64,000 nucleotides of DNA from a virus (taxonomy: Duplodnaviria; Caudoviricetes). The stretch is from IMG/VR virus record IMGVR_UViG_3300006145_000004, positions 1 through 64,000 of that record; one strand, 5' to 3'. The notes beneath the pieces were generated by a model. That model was given only the letters and a program-made list of their open reading frames with translations. It was not told the origin of the DNA and searched no databases. Positions 30,399-42,100 of the stretch are shown here, piece after piece (the first letter of the stretch is position 1; every line of letters starts with the position of its first letter). The translations under genes and the position numbers were made by a program.

Positions 30399-31388
30399 AT
30401 GATTGGAAATTTGTTAGATTTAACACCCAATAAGGTATCTATAGATTTAACTCAGTATTCAACTGTTCTTATGGGAGATACAGGTGTCGGCAAAACAACT
30501 ACGCTTATGAAATTCTTGAAAGAGTTAATTCCTGATAAGGAACCGTTTTTCTTAGAATTTGAAGATAGATTTCAGAATATCCCAGGTATTATGGCAGTTA
30601 AGATTGATACAATGTCTGATTTTAAATCAGTTATTGGTCAGTTGAAAAATCCTGTATTAAAAGAAAAGTTTTCCTGTATCGTAATTGATACCTTGGATAA
30701 ATATGAGGAGTTCTGTGAGAGATATGTATTAGAAAATAGGGATGCTGAAATTCTTAAAGATGTTGGTGGTTACGGTGAAGGGGCATTACGTTTCAAAAGT
30801 GCTTTAAGAAATATTGGTGTAATTCAGAGTCTTGGCTATACTGTCCATTTTATTGCCCAGTCAAGTCATTCTAAAGATTTTGATACAAAGAAAGAGAGTG
30901 ATTCTCTAAAGTTAAATAAGAATACTTTTTCATACTGTAGAGAAGCAGCTTTCTTGGTAGGCTATATGTATACCGATGTGAAGGGAGAAAGGTTTATCAC
31001 TTTTAAAAAATCTGATAAGTATCCCGATCTTAAAGATACATTTGGTTTACCAGATAAAATCAATGTTAAAGATTTGAAATCTGTATGGACAAAGGCTGTT
31101 GAAGGTTTAGGTAAAGATTTTATAACAAAAGAAAAAACTATTGATAAGACAGCACCAGTTGAAGATTTTGAATCTATCAAATCAAGGGGAGTTGAATTAG
31201 GAGGTTTACTAGCATCCAATGGTCATTTAGCTGAAGCAACAGCAATATTGCAGAAAAACCTCGGACTTGACGAGAACGGAAATGTAAAGATGTTTGACAC
31301 CTTAAGAGATACACAGCTTGACCTAACAAAAGTAATTGTGATGGAACTTGAAGAACTTATTAAGAAGTTCAATATTAAGATAAATTGA
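30399..31388 (+). CDS. AAA_24/Sak4-like ATPase
   Basis: GDTGVGKTT, IVIDTLD, DVGGYGEG. Confidence 0.8.
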   Translation: MIGNLLDLTPNKVSIDLTQYSTVLMGDTGVGKTTTLMKFLKELIPDKEPFFLEFEDRFQNIPGIMAVKIDTMSDFKSVIGQLKNPVLKEKFSCIVIDTLDKYEEFCERYVLENRDAEILKDVGGYGEGALRFKSALRNIGVIQSLGYTVHFIAQSSHSKDFDTKKESDSLKLNKNTFSYCREAAFLVGYMYTDVKGERFITFKKSDKYPDLKDTFGLPDKINVKDLKSVWTKAVEGLGKDFITKEKTIDKTAPVEDFESIKSRGVELGGLLASNGHLAEATAILQKNLGLDENGNVKMFDTLRDTQLDLTKVIVMELEELIKKFNIKIN

Positions 31389-31394
31389 GAAGGT

Positions 31395-31418
31395 AAAGGG
31401 AGGTTTCCCCTCCCTTTT
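31395..31418 (+). terminator. Intrinsic terminator-like hairpin
   Basis: AAAGGGAGG-TTTCC-CCTCCCTTTT. Confidence 0.6.
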
Positions 31419-31429
31419 GCGTATAGTAG

Positions 31430-31933
31430 GTGCATATGGCAAGATTATCAATATGTAAAAATTGTGGTAGAAAATTACAACCAGAAGAAAGATATATTCA
31501 TGCTTCAAAAACATATTGCGAAGAATGTTATCAAAAGATTTTGCAAGAAAGTGATGAGTATAAACAGTTAATAGAATTTATATGTTTAAATTATGAAATT
31601 CAAAGACCTACAGGACTTATGCTGAAACAGATAAAGGATATGAAAACAGATTTTGGCTGGTCTTATGCTGCCATGACCTATACATTATGGTATTACAAAG
31701 AAATATTAGGAAAACAGCTAATTGAAAAATACGGAGTTGCTTTAGTGAAACATTTTTATGAAGAAGCAAGTGGCTATTACTCACAACAAGAACAGATTAA
31801 AAATCAAATGAAAAAGTTAAAAAATGTAGAACTAAAGACTAAAGTCGTTAAGCAAAATAACATAAATAGAATAACCACAAATTCGTTACTTGTTAATTTA
31901 GAAAATTTATTGGAAGGTAGTGACTCACATTAA
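31430..31933 (+). CDS. Zn-finger replication protein (possible helicase loader)
   Basis: CKNC...CEEC; directly upstream of helicase. Confidence 0.55.
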   Translation: MHMARLSICKNCGRKLQPEERYIHASKTYCEECYQKILQESDEYKQLIEFICLNYEIQRPTGLMLKQIKDMKTDFGWSYAAMTYTLWYYKEILGKQLIEKYGVALVKHFYEEASGYYSQQEQIKNQMKKLKNVELKTKVVKQNNINRITTNSLLVNLENLLEGSDSH

Positions 31934-33545
31934 TTTTGGTCAACAGGTAGATAAAAAAGCAATATTTTTATTATTCGGGTGTTATTGTATTAATCCACGA
32001 TTCGTTTTAGATGAAAAATTTGTAACAAATGCAAATGACTATCCAGAAAATTTTCATAAGATGATATGGGGAGCATTAGTAAACATTGTTAAAAAAGGGA
32101 ATATTGAAAAAATTTCTTCCCTTGATATAGAGAATGAGATAGCACAAATAGCGACAGCAACTTCTCTGTGGAAAAATAATAATGGTTGGGATTATATAGA
32201 AGAAGCAATCTCTATGGCTTCTGATAAGCTGATGAACATTGGTAAATATCATGACGATGTACGAAAGTATTCTATTATAAGAAACGCATTTGAAGAATTT
32301 AAAATGGATATTACCTTTATTTATGATGAGTCAGACGAAAGTAAGATTGAAAAATTTAACGAATTGACCAGTTCTGATGTATTAAATGCTTTCACAAATA
32401 GATTTTTAGATTTTAAATCTATGTGGAAAAATGTTTTTGGAGATAATTATGCATTTAAAGTTGGAGATGATATAAAAAACAGGTTAAAAGAACATAAAGA
32501 ACAAGAAAATACATATGGTTATCCGTTCCAATCAGGATATCTTACTACTGTATATAGAGGGATGAGACGTAAGAAGTTTATCATCAGAAGTTCTATAAGT
32601 GGTGGAGGTAAATCAAGAAGTTCTCTTGCTGATGGCTGCAATATGGTATCTGATAGAATCTATGATTGGAATAAGCACGAATGGATTTCTACTGGTGAAG
32701 CACAAAAAGTTTTATTTATATCTACAGAATTAGAGAAGGAAGAAATTCAGGATATTGTTCTTGCTCATGTTAGTGGGATAGATCAGGAAAGAATTGAAAC
32801 ATGGGATAGCATAACCAAAGAAGAAGAACAGGTTTTAGATAAATCGGCGGAATATATAGAAAGATATGAATATTACATTGAGTATATGCCGGATTTCACA
32901 ATAGATTTAATAACAGAAACTATTGAAAGATACATCATTAATTATGGCATTTATGCGTGTTTCTTTGATTATATCAACGATTCTCCATCTTTATATGAGT
33001 ATTATTACAATAAAACACACACTAGGTTAGCAACCCATCAAATTCTCTTTTTATTCAGTGCTTCATTAAAATCTATAGCAAATAAATTTAATATATATCT
33101 CGGCTCTGCAACACAGCTCAATGATACGTACAAAGACGAAAATAGTAAGGACGCTGGAGCCTTAAAAGGATCAAAGGCTATTATTGAAAAAGCAGATGGT
33201 GGAATTCTTGCATTACCTGTTACACAAAAAGACCTCAAAAAATTAAAACCAATATTAGAATCAGAAGGAAAGTTTGGAACATTGGTTCCTAATATGGCAT
33301 ATTATATCTTCAAAAATCGTGGTGGAAAATGGAAGGTGATTATAATATGGACAAAATTGAATCTGGGAACTATGAGAGAAAGTGATTGTTTTGTTACAGA
33401 TTATAATTATCAGTTGATTCCAGATATTGAGAAGACAATTATTAATTTCTCTTTTGAAGATGTTGGAGAGGTACATATTATTGAGGGTGATGAAGCAATA
33501 TCTGGATCAGAATTAGCAATGGAATTATCAAAGACTACAGTATAG
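31920..33545 (+). CDS. DnaB-like replicative helicase
   Basis: SGGGKSR, FISTEL, FFDYI, ATQLN, KGSKAIIEKAD, KNRGG. Confidence 0.85.
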   Translation: MTHINFGQQVDKKAIFLLFGCYCINPRFVLDEKFVTNANDYPENFHKMIWGALVNIVKKGNIEKISSLDIENEIAQIATATSLWKNNNGWDYIEEAISMASDKLMNIGKYHDDVRKYSIIRNAFEEFKMDITFIYDESDESKIEKFNELTSSDVLNAFTNRFLDFKSMWKNVFGDNYAFKVGDDIKNRLKEHKEQENTYGYPFQSGYLTTVYRGMRRKKFIIRSSISGGGKSRSSLADGCNMVSDRIYDWNKHEWISTGEAQKVLFISTELEKEEIQDIVLAHVSGIDQERIETWDSITKEEEQVLDKSAEYIERYEYYIEYMPDFTIDLITETIERYIINYGIYACFFDYINDSPSLYEYYYNKTHTRLATHQILFLFSASLKSIANKFNIYLGSATQLNDTYKDENSKDAGALKGSKAIIEKADGGILALPVTQKDLKKLKPILESEGKFGTLVPNMAYYIFKNRGGKWKVIIIWTKLNLGTMRESDCFVTDYNYQLIPDIEKTIINFSFEDVGEVHIIEGDEAISGSELAMELSKTTV

Positions 33546-33557
33546 GGAGGTATTTAT

Positions 33558-34643
33558 ATGACCGCCCAAGAATTAAAGGAGAAGTTATCTGAAGAAGATA
33601 TTAGAGAGTTGCTTACTGAAATGGGGGCAACTTTCTATTACGAAGATGATAATATGTGGATTACTAATACTATATGTCATCATGGGACAAAACCTAAATT
33701 GTATTATTATAAAGACTCGAAGAGTTTTCATTGTTATACGGAATGTGGACAAATGGATATTATTGGAGTTGTTATGGGATTTAAAGGTTATGAGCAGGAA
33801 GAATTTCAAAAAGCAATCAATTGGATATGTATAAAACTGAATATTGATAATTGTAAATATGGATTTGGAAAGCAAGAACAAATCTCAGATTGGGAGTTCA
33901 TCAGAAAGTATAAACGAATAAGCAAAAAAGAAATAGAAATAGAAGCTAAACCTTTGATTCCATATGATAAAAATATTTTACGAATATTTCAAAAGTTATA
34001 CACTCAGGATTGGATCAAAGATGGGATATCAATTGATACTATGGAGAAATACAATATTATGTATTCTACATGGCAGCAAAAAATTATTATTCCTCATTTT
34101 GATATAAATAATCAACTAATAGGGGTGAGGGGACGTTCTTTAGTAAATGAAGATATAGAATTATTTGGGAAATATACTCCGTTTAAAGTTGGTAGAAAAT
34201 TTTATAATCATTCTCTTGGCCAGAATCTATTTGGATTGAATCATAATATGAAAGCGATTCAGACAAAAAGAAAAATTATGTTAGTAGAAGCTGAAAAATC
34301 AGTATTCCAAACTGACACAATGTTTGGGGAAGACAATTTTACAGTTGCTTTATGTGGGAGTAATCTTACGGATTATCAACATAGATTAATTTTAAATCTT
34401 GGTGTAAGAGAAGTAATAATTGCATTAGATAAGCAATATCAAACATTGGACTCTGAAGAATGTAAGAAATGGGCTAAACACATAAAAGATAAAATTATTG
34501 ATAAATTATCTGCATATTTTTGTGTAAGTGTAATTTGGGATTCTAATGATTTATTAAATTATAAAGATTCTCCAACAGATAGAGGAAAGGACATTTTATT
34601 ACAGCTAATGAAACAAAAAATATATGTTCCTACAAATAATTAA
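33558..34643 (+). CDS. DNA primase (Zn finger + TOPRIM)
   Basis: ICHHG...FHCYTECG, IPHFD, LVEAEKS, IALDK. Confidence 0.85.
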   Translation: MTAQELKEKLSEEDIRELLTEMGATFYYEDDNMWITNTICHHGTKPKLYYYKDSKSFHCYTECGQMDIIGVVMGFKGYEQEEFQKAINWICIKLNIDNCKYGFGKQEQISDWEFIRKYKRISKKEIEIEAKPLIPYDKNILRIFQKLYTQDWIKDGISIDTMEKYNIMYSTWQQKIIIPHFDINNQLIGVRGRSLVNEDIELFGKYTPFKVGRKFYNHSLGQNLFGLNHNMKAIQTKRKIMLVEAEKSVFQTDTMFGEDNFTVALCGSNLTDYQHRLILNLGVREVIIALDKQYQTLDSEECKKWAKHIKDKIIDKLSAYFCVSVIWDSNDLLNYKDSPTDRGKDILLQLMKQKIYVPTNN

Positions 34644-34648
34644 ATGAG

Positions 34649-34738
34649 GTGAATAAAATAAAGGAAAAATGCAAAGTTTACAAACATGAAAATTTATTGA
34701 ATGGAAAAGTGTATATAGGAATAACATCAAAAACTTAA
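34649..34738 (+). pseudogene. GIY-YIG homing endonuclease N-terminal remnant
   Basis: KVYKHENLLNGKVYIGITSKT*. Confidence 0.55.
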
Positions 34739-34752
34739 AAAGGAGAGATTTA

Positions 34753-36510
34753 TTGAGTTTTAAAATTGATGTACTTGGAAAGATAAGATTCGGAAATGAA
34801 CTTGAAGATATTTTGAGATTGAAAGGAATAACAGATATTAACTCCTTTCTTCATCCAACTATAAAGAATACAGAAAGCGAGTTACTATTTGATAATATTG
34901 AAACAGCAAGAGATATTCTTACTAATCATATTTCAAATAACAATGTGATAGATTTACTGGTTGACTGTGACTGCGATGGTTATACGTCGGCAGCAAACAT
35001 TTATCAATATATAAAAAGAATCAAACCATCAATAGAAATAAGGTGTTTTATTCATAAAGGAAAGATACATGGTTTAAAAGATGTTGTAGATTTCATGCTT
35101 TTAGATAATGCAAAATTAGTAATTATTCCAGATGCCGGTTCTGGGGATGTGAAAGAGTGTAAAAAGTTAAAAGAAAGTGGTAAAGAAGTAATTATCCTAG
35201 ATCATCATAATATTAAAAATAAAGATAACTCTGTCCCTAATAATCCAGCAATTGTTGTAAATAATCAATATTCATCAAGAGTTACAGATAAAGCTATGAC
35301 AGGAGTTGGTATTACATATAAATTCACAAAACTGTTGGATAAATATTATGGTGTTGATTATGCAGACGATTATCTGGATTTAGTAGCGCTTGGAATGATT
35401 GGCGATAGAGCAGATACTTTAAATTTACAGACAAGATATTTGATTTTAAATGGATTAGATCAAATAAAGAATAAGACAAATAAGAATAAATTAATTTCTA
35501 TTTTTGTAGATGCTCAAATGTATTCAATGAATAATACGGTAACAATCAATGGAATAGGGTTTTACGTTTGTCCTTTAATAAACTCTATGATACGTTTGGG
35601 ACAATATCAAGATAAATGCTATATGTTTGAGGCATTATGTAATTCCGATAAACTGTTAGAAAGAAAAGTCAAAGGTAAAGGAATAGTTACTATGACCATT
35701 CAGGAATATATTTTAAAGGCTTGCCAATCTTCAAATAGAAAACAGAAAAAAATGACAGAAGAAAGTGCGGATATACTATCTGAAGAGATTGAAAAATATA
35801 AAATGGATAAATTACCGATTTTGATATGCAATGCTAGAGATGATGTTGATAGTAATTCTATTGGACTGATTGCAAATAGATTATCAGATCAGTATCAAAG
35901 ACCATGTTTATTAATGAGAAGAAAAGATGATATATGCAAGGGAAGTGGACGAGGCTATGACAAGTGTGAAATATTAGATTTTAATAAATGGTGTAAAGAT
36001 ACAGGCTTATTTAATATGGTAGATGGACATCCAGGAGCATTTGGATGTGAAATATCTTTTGAAAACACCAACAAGTTATTTCAACTATTATCAACTATGA
36101 ATCGAATTGATGAACCAACATATCATGTTTACAATATATATGATGCAGATAAATTACATGACCAGATTATTAAAAATGTTGCTAAGTATAATTATATATG
36201 GGGGACTACAGTACAAGAGCCTATTTTTTATATTAAAAATGTTCCATGTAATAAATACAATTTAAACTTAATAGGTTCAAAACAGAATAAAATAGAATTT
36301 ACATATCATAATATCAAGTTTACAAAACAAACAAAGGGAACTTCATTAGCTGCATTGTATAAAGAAATATTAAATGTAGGTGAAAATATCGAATTTGATA
36401 TAGTTGGTAGATTTTCTATTGATATGAAGTGTAATAAAACTGCACAGGTATTAGTTGATGATTGGATTTTTCATAAAGGTGATAGAATACAAGGCTTTGG
36501 ATTTTGTTAA
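34753..36510 (+). CDS. recJ: RecJ-like ssDNA exonuclease
   Basis: DCDCDG, PDAG, LDHH, GSGR, DGHPGAFG. Confidence 0.88.
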   Translation: MSFKIDVLGKIRFGNELEDILRLKGITDINSFLHPTIKNTESELLFDNIETARDILTNHISNNNVIDLLVDCDCDGYTSAANIYQYIKRIKPSIEIRCFIHKGKIHGLKDVVDFMLLDNAKLVIIPDAGSGDVKECKKLKESGKEVIILDHHNIKNKDNSVPNNPAIVVNNQYSSRVTDKAMTGVGITYKFTKLLDKYYGVDYADDYLDLVALGMIGDRADTLNLQTRYLILNGLDQIKNKTNKNKLISIFVDAQMYSMNNTVTINGIGFYVCPLINSMIRLGQYQDKCYMFEALCNSDKLLERKVKGKGIVTMTIQEYILKACQSSNRKQKKMTEESADILSEEIEKYKMDKLPILICNARDDVDSNSIGLIANRLSDQYQRPCLLMRRKDDICKGSGRGYDKCEILDFNKWCKDTGLFNMVDGHPGAFGCEISFENTNKLFQLLSTMNRIDEPTYHVYNIYDADKLHDQIIKNVAKYNYIWGTTVQEPIFYIKNVPCNKYNLNLIGSKQNKIEFTYHNIKFTKQTKGTSLAALYKEILNVGENIEFDIVGRFSIDMKCNKTAQVLVDDWIFHKGDRIQGFGFC

Positions 36511-36526
36511 AGGGGATGAGCAATGA

Positions 36527-39106
36527 TTGATAGATAAAAATAAAATTTGGGGATATGACTTTGAGGTGTACTCAAAAATTAATTGGTGGTGTGTTACCTT
36601 TATCAATTATTCATATAGAAATAATATCATCACCATTATTAATAATAGACAAAATCTTGTTAAATTTTATGAAAAACACAATAACGAGATTTTTGTTTCA
36701 TATAACGGTAGGCAATATGATACAGGTATATTTAAAGCTATTTTGGATGGAATGAATGTTGGATACATAAATGACAAGTTGATTAAGGAGGGTAAAAAAC
36801 CATTTCAAGTAGTTAGAAACTCAAGGAATTATCCTTTAAATGACTATGATGCAATTCTGAAAGATAAGTCGTTAAAACAGTTAGAAGCATTTATGGGAGA
36901 TGATATTAGAGAAACCGAAGTAGATTTTAATATTGATAGACCATTAACAGAAAAAGAAATTGAGCAAACAAAATTTTACAATATTCATGACGTTTTAGAG
37001 CTACTCAAGGTACTTGATGAATGTTGGGATGATTTTGAAGGTCAATTAGATATCATTGAACTTTATAATTTGGATATGTCTTACTTTACAAAGACAAAAG
37101 TACAATTGGCTGCAAAAATTCTCAATGCAGTTGATCAACACACAATGGATGATGAATTTGATATAAGGCTTCCAGAAACTATAAAATTATCGGATAAATA
37201 CAAATTTATTCCAGAATGGTATATCAATCCTAAAAATTGGAGATATAAAGAACATCTTTGTTCTGAGGACAATCAACATAACAATCAGTTGTGTTGTATT
37301 GTTGCAGGTATTCCTCATGTATTTGCTTGGGGAGGATGTCATGGAGCAGATGATAATGAATCTGTATTTGAAGGAATTATATTACACGCTGATGTATCAA
37401 GTATGTATCCGACTACTGATATTGAATATAACCTTTTAAGTAGGAAATTTAAAAATCCTGATGATTTTAGAAAGATGAGAGATTTCAGGTTGAATTTAAA
37501 AGCGAAGGGAAATTCAAAAAACAAATCCTTGAAACCTATGATAAATGGTATTTATGGAGCATCAAAAGATAGAAATGGAGCAATTTACGATCCATTAATG
37601 GCGAATCTTACGTGTATTTTTGGTCAGTTGTTTATATTAGATTTAATTGATAAGCTAGAACCTTATTGTAGATTATTGCAGACAAATACAGATGGTATAT
37701 TTGTTCTTTGTGAAAATGAACAAATGAAGAATAAAGTAATCGAAATCACAAATTCTGTAGGGAAGAGACTCCGAATGGAATTTGAAATTAAAGAATATAC
37801 AAAACTTATTCAGAAAGATGTAAATAACTACATAGCTGTTATGAAAAATGGAAAACTTGAATGTAAAGGAGCAATGGTTAAGAAAAATAAGCCTATTGAT
37901 AATGATTTGCCAATTCTAAATGATGCTGTTAGAGATTATCTTGCAAATGGAAAACCAATAGAACAGACTATAAATGAGTGTAATGAATTAATCAAATTTC
38001 AGAAAATTATTAAATTATCATCAAAATATAAGGAAGTTTGGTATGGAACTGGTGTATATAGCAAGGTTGCAGATGGTACTACAAAAGTTATAAGTATTGA
38101 GGGTGATTTATTAAAGGGTAAAGTACATAGAGTGTTTGCCAGCACGAAGGAAACAGATGGTTCTATTTATAAATTGAAAATAGAAAAAGGTGCCAGATCT
38201 TATGAAAAATTTGCCAATACGCCAGATAATTTGTTTATTGATAATGAAGACATTCATAATAAAGAAATACCAGAGTATTTGGATAGAGACTATTACATTA
38301 ATGAAGCAAAAAAAAGAGTTGAAATGTTTCTAACAAAAGATGAAGATAAGGTTGATGAGACTCCAAATATTTTATTCAAATGCATGTGTGAAAGTAATGA
38401 TTTTTATACATTCTTAGAGAAGTGTAAAGAGAGGGGAATTACAAAAAAAGTTTTGGAAGGATATTTGATTGCTGACTGCTGTAATAATTATGGAAAAACA
38501 GATAAATTGTTAAGATTCAGAGACTATTTTGAATTGTTATATGCAAAAGATAACATAACAATTACTACTTTAAATAAAAGGTTTCAAGATGAAAATGTGA
38601 AAAATATTATTATTAAAAATGCTGAATTGACAAAGAGTGGGAAGTCTTATAATAACCTTAACTCTAAGAAAACATTGTTTGAAATTTTTGATTATCTTGA
38701 AGATAGACATATCAATCCTTATTTAATAATGAAAACTCAGGTAAATAAATTTAATGAAGTAAGATTTAAAGATGAAGCACTAAAGGATAACAGATGGTTT
38801 GTATTAAATACTCGCAATGTTATTGCTCCAAATCTTATTTTATATAATATGAAAACTGGTGAAATCCAGTACAGAAAAATAAGAAAAGAAATATTCAAAA
38901 TTTTACCATTACAAGATGGTGACATTATTGATGTAATTAGTTCAGAAAAGGAATTTGCAAAGAAAATTATAGGTAAAGATGATAATGGAATTAATATTAT
39001 TGCTGCTGATATTAATAAAGAGCTTGATGTAATTACTCGATATGATTTGGTTTATAGGGATTACAGTAAAGGAAATTCATTAATAGAGAATTGTGAGGTG
39101 TGTTAG
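36527..39106 (+). CDS. Family B DNA polymerase with 3'-5' exonuclease and extra C-terminal region
   Basis: YDFE, YNGRQYD, YNIHD; DVSSMYP, KPMINGIYG, NTDGI. Confidence 0.85.
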   Translation: MIDKNKIWGYDFEVYSKINWWCVTFINYSYRNNIITIINNRQNLVKFYEKHNNEIFVSYNGRQYDTGIFKAILDGMNVGYINDKLIKEGKKPFQVVRNSRNYPLNDYDAILKDKSLKQLEAFMGDDIRETEVDFNIDRPLTEKEIEQTKFYNIHDVLELLKVLDECWDDFEGQLDIIELYNLDMSYFTKTKVQLAAKILNAVDQHTMDDEFDIRLPETIKLSDKYKFIPEWYINPKNWRYKEHLCSEDNQHNNQLCCIVAGIPHVFAWGGCHGADDNESVFEGIILHADVSSMYPTTDIEYNLLSRKFKNPDDFRKMRDFRLNLKAKGNSKNKSLKPMINGIYGASKDRNGAIYDPLMANLTCIFGQLFILDLIDKLEPYCRLLQTNTDGIFVLCENEQMKNKVIEITNSVGKRLRMEFEIKEYTKLIQKDVNNYIAVMKNGKLECKGAMVKKNKPIDNDLPILNDAVRDYLANGKPIEQTINECNELIKFQKIIKLSSKYKEVWYGTGVYSKVADGTTKVISIEGDLLKGKVHRVFASTKETDGSIYKLKIEKGARSYEKFANTPDNLFIDNEDIHNKEIPEYLDRDYYINEAKKRVEMFLTKDEDKVDETPNILFKCMCESNDFYTFLEKCKERGITKKVLEGYLIADCCNNYGKTDKLLRFRDYFELLYAKDNITITTLNKRFQDENVKNIIIKNAELTKSGKSYNNLNSKKTLFEIFDYLEDRHINPYLIMKTQVNKFNEVRFKDEALKDNRWFVLNTRNVIAPNLILYNMKTGEIQYRKIRKEIFKILPLQDGDIIDVISSEKEFAKKIIGKDDNGINIIAADINKELDVITRYDLVYRDYSKGNSLIENCEVC

Positions 39107-42100
39107 TGGAAGAAGAAAGGATTATAAAAATTGAAGGAACTTTAGATAGAATTTTTTATCCAAAGTATGTAAAAAAAGTTGATTCAGGAGAATTTGCAAT
39201 TTTTAGAGTTTTCATTACAAAAAGATTAGAAAATTGTGAGGATGAAATAGAAGATATAAAAATAAAAGGCAATGTGTGTACTTTAGAATATGGAACTACT
39301 TATAAAATATTTGCTAAATTGGTTGAGACACATGAGATTTATGGAAATACATATGATTTAGTTTATATAAGTAAATGTATAGACATATCCAGCAAGGATA
39401 AGCAGAAAGAATTTTTAAAAAATGTATTGAATGAAAATTTGGTAGAAAAATTGTTTGATGAATATGATGATGTTATCAAACTATTAGAGGAGAAAGATAT
39501 AAAATCCCTTATGAAAATCAAAGGAATTGGTAATCAGGTAGCATTAAAAATGATTGATGAATATGAGGAATCTAAAGATTACAGTGCAATTTATATGGAA
39601 TTGGGGCAACTTGGATTAACTCATACATTCATTAAAAAACTTGTAGACTTTTATCATTCACCAGATATAGTAATTGATGTTGTTAGAAATAATCCTTACG
39701 ATCTTGTCCGTGTGGATGGGGTTGGCTTTAAAAAGGCTGATGAAGTTGCTTGCAAAGTAGGTATCGGACAGTATGATATTTGCAGAATTAAGGGATTCCT
39801 CTTACATCATTTGAATGAGCAGGGAGAAGCAGGAAAAAGTTATCTGAATTATCAGGAACTAATGAAAGCATTATATGATACTTTAGGATTTGTTCCTGAA
39901 GAAATAATTAATACAACAGCAAAACAGATGATTGAAAATGGGGATGTAGTAGTTTTGGATAATGGATCTAAAATAGCATTAAAAAGATTTTATGATTTAG
40001 AGAAAAATATAATGACAGAATTGCTTAGATTACAGATAGGTAAAATAAAAATTATAGAAGAGAATAGTGAAAGTGATCAGGAATCAGAGTTACATAGTGA
40101 TTATATACCAAAGCCATTCAACATTGGTAATTGGAATACAGTAATTAAAAAAGTAGAAGAAAAGCAGGGTTTCACATTCACAGAAGAACAGCTAAGTGCT
40201 ATCAAATTAAGTTTGGATAATCATGTTATGGCATTAACCGGTTTGGCTGGGGCAGGCAAAACAAGTACAGCTAATGGGATATGTTCATTGTATGATAACT
40301 ATAATATTTTAGCATGTGCATTATCTGGAAAAGCAAGTGTCAGAATTACAGAAGCGACAGGATTACCAGCATGTACAATTCATAGAGCTTTGGGATATCA
40401 AAATGAAAAGTTTATATTCAATAAGGAAAACAAATTAGCAGTAGATATTGTTCTTATTGATGAAGCAACCATGATAAATGGAACACTGTTTTTATCTTTA
40501 TTAGAAGCTATTCCCACAGGAGCAAAAGTGATTATCATGGGGGATGTGCAACAGTTGACTCCGATTGGAAATTGTCAAGTGTTTGCTGATATTTTAGATA
40601 GTAATGTATTACCTGTGGTTAAACTGACAAAACCACATAGACAAGCCTTAATGAGTGGTATTATTCCTACTTCAATCAAAGTAGCAAATCAGGAACAAAT
40701 TTTTGCAAATAGTTTTGAGGGAAATAAAATTTTAGGTGAATTAAAAGACATGGAACTTGATGTTACAGGGAATAAGGAATCAAGAATAGATAGCATTATT
40801 TCACATTTCCAGACAGAAATGGATAAATACCATGATATTATAGAAGTCCAGATATGTGTTCCCATGAGATTAAAGGGAGAGTTATCTTGTTATAATTTGA
40901 ATACAAAAATACAAGATATTTATAATCCCAAATTTGTTGATGATAATGAAATCGAAATCCTTTTAGAGAAGAAAAATGAAGAGGTAAAAAAGTATCATAT
41001 TAGAGTAGGTGATAAAGTCTTAAATACGAAAAATAATTATAAATGTATCAATGCAGATGGAGATACAACACCTGTGTTTAATGGGAATATTGGTATTGTA
41101 AAAGAGATTGAAGATAATGGTTATTGTACGATAGATTTTGTTGGAATTGGAGAAGTGATATTTAGTAAGGCTGATGCTAAAAATCTTGAATTAGCTTATG
41201 CCTGTACAATTCATAAATGCATTACAGAAGATACATGGCTATATACATCAAATGGTTTAATGCAGTTAAAAGATTTCAACAATAATGCAGATGAATATGA
41301 AAGTAAAAAAATTAACACAGGTGTTAAAGTATTTAATGGAGAATACATGGAAATACCAGAAAATTTTTATAATGCTGGAATATCAAAATGTAAGAAAATA
41401 ACTACCCAAAGAGGTTATTCACTTACTGCGACAGAAGACCACAGATTAGATGTATTGTGTGAAAATGGTATGATTGAATGTAAACATGTATCTGAAATTT
41501 CAAATAAAGACTATGTTGTTGTTCAAAGAGGTTCTAATGTCTATGGGAATACAGTAAAATTGCCTTCAAAAATGTATGTAGATGAAAATAAACTTGATAT
41601 AAGGGTAATAAAATATAAAACTCCTAAATATTTAACAAATGAATTTGCCAGGTTTTTAGGATATATGGTTGCAGATGGGGTAATTTGCAAAAGTGGGTTA
41701 AAATATAAAAAAAACCATAAAAGTATAGTCATAGATTTTGAAAACACTGTGTATGAAGTATTTGGCTATAAATCAACTCGTGAGCCTCAAAATGTGTTAC
41801 TTGACAGAAGAATGGGAGGAATGTATTTATCTGAAATCAATTCAGTATTTATCAGAGAGTTTTGTAAGAAAGTTGATGGTATTCAACCAAACGATAAATA
41901 TGTTCCAAAATGTATCCTTTCAGCACCAAAACAATACCAAATTGAATTTTTGAGAGGTGTATTTGAAAATGGAACAGTATGTTTAAAGAGAGGTAAGTTT
42001 GACCATATCTCATTTACAGCTAAAGAAGAATTGTTAATAAACCAAATTCAAATGATGCTGTTGAATATAGGGATTATAACTACAAAATATCCCAGAGTAC

